Of a DNA stretch of 64,000 nucleotides, positions 62,767 to 64,000 are shown one piece after another; within the stretch, counting starts at the first letter, position 1; each line of letters opens with the position of its first letter. The notes under the pieces were generated by a model that searched no databases, had not been told where the DNA came from, and saw nothing but the letters and a program-made list of their open reading frames with translations. Both the position numbers and the translations under genes were made by a program. Origin of the DNA: a bacterium (GTDB lineage Bacteria; Sysuimicrobiota; Sysuimicrobiia; Sysuimicrobiales; Segetimicrobiaceae); contig DATGHZ010000013.1 of the NCBI GenBank assembly GCA_035307565.1, positions 37,294 to 101,293 of the forward strand, in the 5' to 3' direction.

Positions 62767-63845
62767 TTCGCCGGCCCGAGCAGCGCGTCGGCGATCTGGT
62801 AGAAGACCTGCGCGGAGGCGGAGTCGGGCGCTGTCGCCGTCACGGGCTGCCCACGGTCGCCGGCTTCGCGGATGGCCGGATCGAGCGGTATCTGGCCCAG
62901 GAGCGGCGCGTCGACGAGCTTCGCCAGGCGCTCGCCGCCGCCCCGGCCGAAGATGTACACGGGCTGCGCGCCGGGCGCGGGGAGGTAGTACGACATGTTC
63001 TCCACCACGCCGACGACCGGAGTGTTGACCTTCTCCGCCATGCGGCCGGCGCGGTAGGCGACGCCGGTCGCGGTCTCCTGCGGGGTGGTGATGATGAGCA
63101 TTTCCGCGCGGGGTAGCGTCTGCGCGATCGTGAGGGCGACGTCGCCGGTTCCCGGCGGCAGGTCGATCAAGAGGTCGTCGACGTCCTCCCAGTAGACCTC
63201 GCTGAGGAACGTCGTGATGGCCTTATGGAGCATCGGCCCGCGCCACATCACCGCCTCGTTCTCGTCGACCATGAATCCGATGGAGATGACGCGCACGCCC
63301 CAGCGCTCGAGCGGGATGATCATCTGGTCGATGATCGTCGGTTTGCCGCTCACGCCGAGCATCCGAGGAATGCTGAACCCGTAGACGTCGGCGTCGACGA
63401 CGCCGACTTTGCGCCCCCGCCGGGCCAGCGCGACCGCCAGGTTGGTCGTGACGGTCGACTTGCCGACCCCGCCTTTGCCGCTCGCGATCGTCAAGACGCG
63501 CGTCGTCGACGTAGGGGACAGGATGGGCGATTGTTTCTGCGGGCCGGGCCGCAGCTGTCCGATCAGGGCCTGGCGCTGCTCCTGCGTCATCACGCCGAGC
63601 TGCACGTCCACGGTCGTGACACCGGGAAGCGCCCGAACCTTCTCTTTGATCGAGTCGGTGATCGTCTCGCGCAGCGGACAGCCGCTGATGGTCAGAAGAG
63701 CGTCGACCCGCACGGTGCCGTCGCGGATCGCGACGTCCTTCACCATGTTGAGTTCGACGATGCTGCGGTGCAGTTCCGGATCCATCACATCGCGCAGCGC
63801 CTCGAGCACCTGCTCGCGCGTCACCGCGATGGAGCGTGCCGCCAT
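62763..63845 (-). CDS. Mrp/NBP35/ApbC-family Fe-S cluster carrier ATPase
   Basis: ORF 62763..63869. It has an N-terminal DUF59-like domain (DPELHRSIVELNMV) and the deviant Walker A SGKGGVGKST. ATG 63845 lies 7 nt after a GGAGGAGG Shine-Dalgarno sequence. The track's first 8 codons translate that Shine-Dalgarno sequence. Confidence 0.85.
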   Translation of the reverse strand: MAARSIAVTREQVLEALRDVMDPELHRSIVELNMVKDVAIRDGTVRVDALLTISGCPLRETITDSIKEKVRALPGVTTVDVQLGVMTQEQRQALIGQLRPGPQKQSPILSPTSTTRVLTIASGKGGVGKSTVTTNLAVALARRGRKVGVVDADVYGFSIPRMLGVSGKPTIIDQMIIPLERWGVRVISIGFMVDENEAVMWRGPMLHKAITTFLSEVYWEDVDDLLIDLPPGTGDVALTIAQTLPRAEMLIITTPQETATGVAYRAGRMAEKVNTPVVGVVENMSYYLPAPGAQPVYIFGRGGGERLAKLVDAPLLGQIPLDPAIREAGDRGQPVTATAPDSASAQVFYQIADALLGPAK

Positions 63846-64000
63846 GCCCATGCCTCCTCCACCCCTCACGCGGGAACTCTCGGCGTGAATGCCGTCTGCC
63901 GCGGCTGCCTCGCCGGCAGCAACGCCCGGCCGCGGCCGCGCCGCAGCCGCACGCTCTCACTCTGCCTGACAACGGGAACGGCGGCCGATACTGCCGCGCG

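Noticed and set aside
1-64000. A search for mobile elements, prophage genes, defence systems (RM, CRISPR-Cas, retron/RT, Abi-like NTPases) and rRNA/tRNA
   Set aside because: None of the credible ORFs shows integrase, transposase, reverse-transcriptase, nuclease-helicase or Cas-like motifs. The only defence-like elements are the two decayed toxin-antitoxin loci.

Overview
This is a high-GC bacterial chromosomal segment. I counted three sample 60-nt lines by hand and got 45%, 53% and 83% GC; most of the window looks about 70% by eye. It is almost entirely coding: I call 56 CDS and 2 decayed toxin pseudogenes. I found no rRNA, tRNA, CRISPR array, integrase or transposase. All family calls come from reading the translated ORFs for conserved motifs; I could not run any database search.

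Layout:
- 1-16.2 kb: a tightly coupled minus-strand operon of 16 sugar-nucleotide tailoring genes. It holds the two halves of a split transketolase (11 kb apart), a transaldolase, GmhB, an HldE-like kinase/nucleotidyltransferase with reversed domain order, five SDR epimerase/dehydratases, an NDP-sugar dehydrogenase, a Gfo/Idh/MocA oxidoreductase, two methyltransferases, an AAC(3)-family acetyltransferase and a NodU/CmcH carbamoyltransferase.
- 16.1-24.3 kb: a lower-GC export module with Wzm/Wzt, a GT4, a Wzy_C/WaaL-like protein and two unassignable proteins. These two proteins share a Trp/Arg-rich 80-aa module that I cannot place in any family. It occurs as three tandem copies in one protein and one copy in the other. 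This is my best candidate for something undescribed.
- 24.5-31.9 kb: a WecC-like dehydrogenase, a WecA-like initiating transferase with an extra C-terminal domain, a GT-C enzyme, a GT4 and a PMM/PGM.
- 31.9-48.7 kb: outer-membrane glycolipid genes. These are LptD/OstA-like, MsbA-like, three GT2, ArnT-like, two LpxB-like, HddA and GmhA. A hicBA cassette is inserted here, and its hicA carries an in-frame TGA.
- 48.7-64 kb: housekeeping genes. These include a MoaD-MoaE fusion, KorAB, a Fur-family regulator, a hybrid histidine kinase and an Mrp/ApbC protein, plus an AT-rich patch with a mazF remnant.

The gene content implies a diderm organism. I cannot assign the lineage.
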